From assembly GCA_030024085.1 (NCBI GenBank), contig JASEJE010000020.1:129-64128 (forward strand): 64,000 nucleotides of DNA. The letters are read 5' to 3'. The notes beneath the pieces are model-generated. The model had not been told where the DNA came from, did no database searches, and was given only the letters and a program-made list of their open reading frames with translations. The first letter of the stretch is position 1, and every line of letters begins with the position of its first letter. Positions 63,491 to 64,000 of this stretch are shown in pieces. The translations under genes and the position numbers were made by a program. This stretch comes from Bacillota bacterium. Its GTDB lineage: Bacteria > Bacillota > SHA-98 > UBA4971.

Positions 63491-63610
63491 TGGATCGCCA
63501 CAAATTCGCGCTACCTTTCAGCGCGCAGGTCCTCGCCGGGGTTGCCGGTGTTGCGCTCCGGGGACGGCGCTTGCGGCGCGCGAGGATCAGGGTTGGCAGG
63601 TCTCACCGCA
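63491..63610 (+). repeat. MITE-like repeat, copy 7 (5' half of variant 1, truncated)
   Basis: TGGATCGCCACAAATTCGCGCTACCTTTCAGCGCGCAGGTCCTCGCCGGGGTTGCCGGTGTTGCGCTCCGGGGACGGCGCTTGCGGCGCGCG, then diverges. Lies upstream of yabE. Confidence 0.65.
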
Positions 63611-64000
63611 TCTCTATATGCCCACTTACCTGCTCTTGTACCCCGTTCTCCTGCCAGACCCGGCGCTACAGCGCGCTGGCGCCCGGCAGCACAAAAGCTT
63701 GTTCGTTACTATTCGACCAGAATCGGCAAAATCCTCCTTGAGACGCCAGGTGCCCCCATCTCGCCTTCATCGGAAAGCGCTCGATACCATTATCGGCAGG
63801 TACTTTCCGCACTATGCATTGATACCCAGTGGGTACCCGGGCCTGGGAGCGCGCTCCGACCGCGCAGGCGAACAACACGTAACCTGCAACACACCATAGA
63901 GAACGAGAAACGAGAGAGAATGCGGCAGAGGGCTGGCTGTTGCCTTCGGGCGACGGCAGTTGACGTGTATGCTATTGCGGCGGGTATCCTATATGTGCGA

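Noticed and set aside
63900-64000. Plus-strand sigma-A-like promoter at the window end (TTGACG ... TATCCT)
   Set aside because: Spacing (~19 nt) and the -10 are poor, and any transcript would leave the window, so it cannot be tied to a gene.
1-64000. tRNA/rRNA genes and riboswitches in intergenic regions (e.g. upstream of yabE for a c-di-AMP riboswitch)
   Set aside because: No cloverleaf-compatible segments or recognisable riboswitch cores could be identified by eye. The yabE upstream region is instead occupied by a truncated MITE-like copy. A covariance-model scan (tRNAscan-SE, Infernal/Rfam) would be needed to be sure.

Overview
This is a very GC-rich (~68-70%) bacterial chromosomal window with Firmicutes-type gene content and synteny (yabE-ksgA-yabG-veg, cwlD, ykwD-like, SleL-like GH18, five DUF3794 'SipL-like' paralogs), so it probably comes from a high-GC spore-forming Clostridia-like lineage. 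The organism call is inference only. Annotated content, left to right:
- A rubredoxin-like gene fragment and rubrerythrin.
- A complete ribose operon rbsR-K-A-C-D/B with a LacI-type operator.
- A 5' remnant of a nucleoside hydrolase and a MenA-like prenyltransferase.
- A non-canonical alpha-glucan cluster: GT4 synthase, GH57 branching enzyme and a bifunctional sugar-1-P nucleotidyltransferase/phosphohexomutase.
- A nitroreductase.
- A DarA/PII-like gene next to a CPA2 antiporter.
- udp-deoB plus a FucI-like isomerase.
- A MrfA/YprA-type DUF1998 helicase followed by a RelE/Phd toxin-antitoxin pair.
- A large sporulation/envelope region: multi-repeat DUF3794 (+/-LysM) proteins, GDP-sugar genes, a GH18 cortex-lytic-like enzyme, a cluster of GT4/GT2 glycosyltransferases including a GT4-GT4 fusion, then cwlD, ykwD-like SCP, veg, yabG, ksgA and yabE.

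Two kinds of unexplained structure stand out:
1. A ~200-nt, internally palindromic, hairpin-forming repeat family with terminal inverted repeats (CTAAGT...ACTTAG), resembling a MITE or structured RNA. It occurs at least 7-8 times, always intergenic. One copy sits inside the rbs operon and one is a remnant next to a tandem array.
2. Two ~580-bp inverted copies of a complex element, 16.3 kb apart. Each has conserved flanks and eight 60-bp-periodic units in which a 14-bp palindrome (GTGACGYRCGTCAC) alternates with a 22-mer (GTGACGTAGGGAACGGGTAAGG).

Many enzymes also carry in-frame microsatellite-encoded low-complexity inserts. Internal gene starts given below were estimated by hand and may be off by a few nucleotides. 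No tRNA, rRNA, CRISPR, integrase or transposase was recognised.
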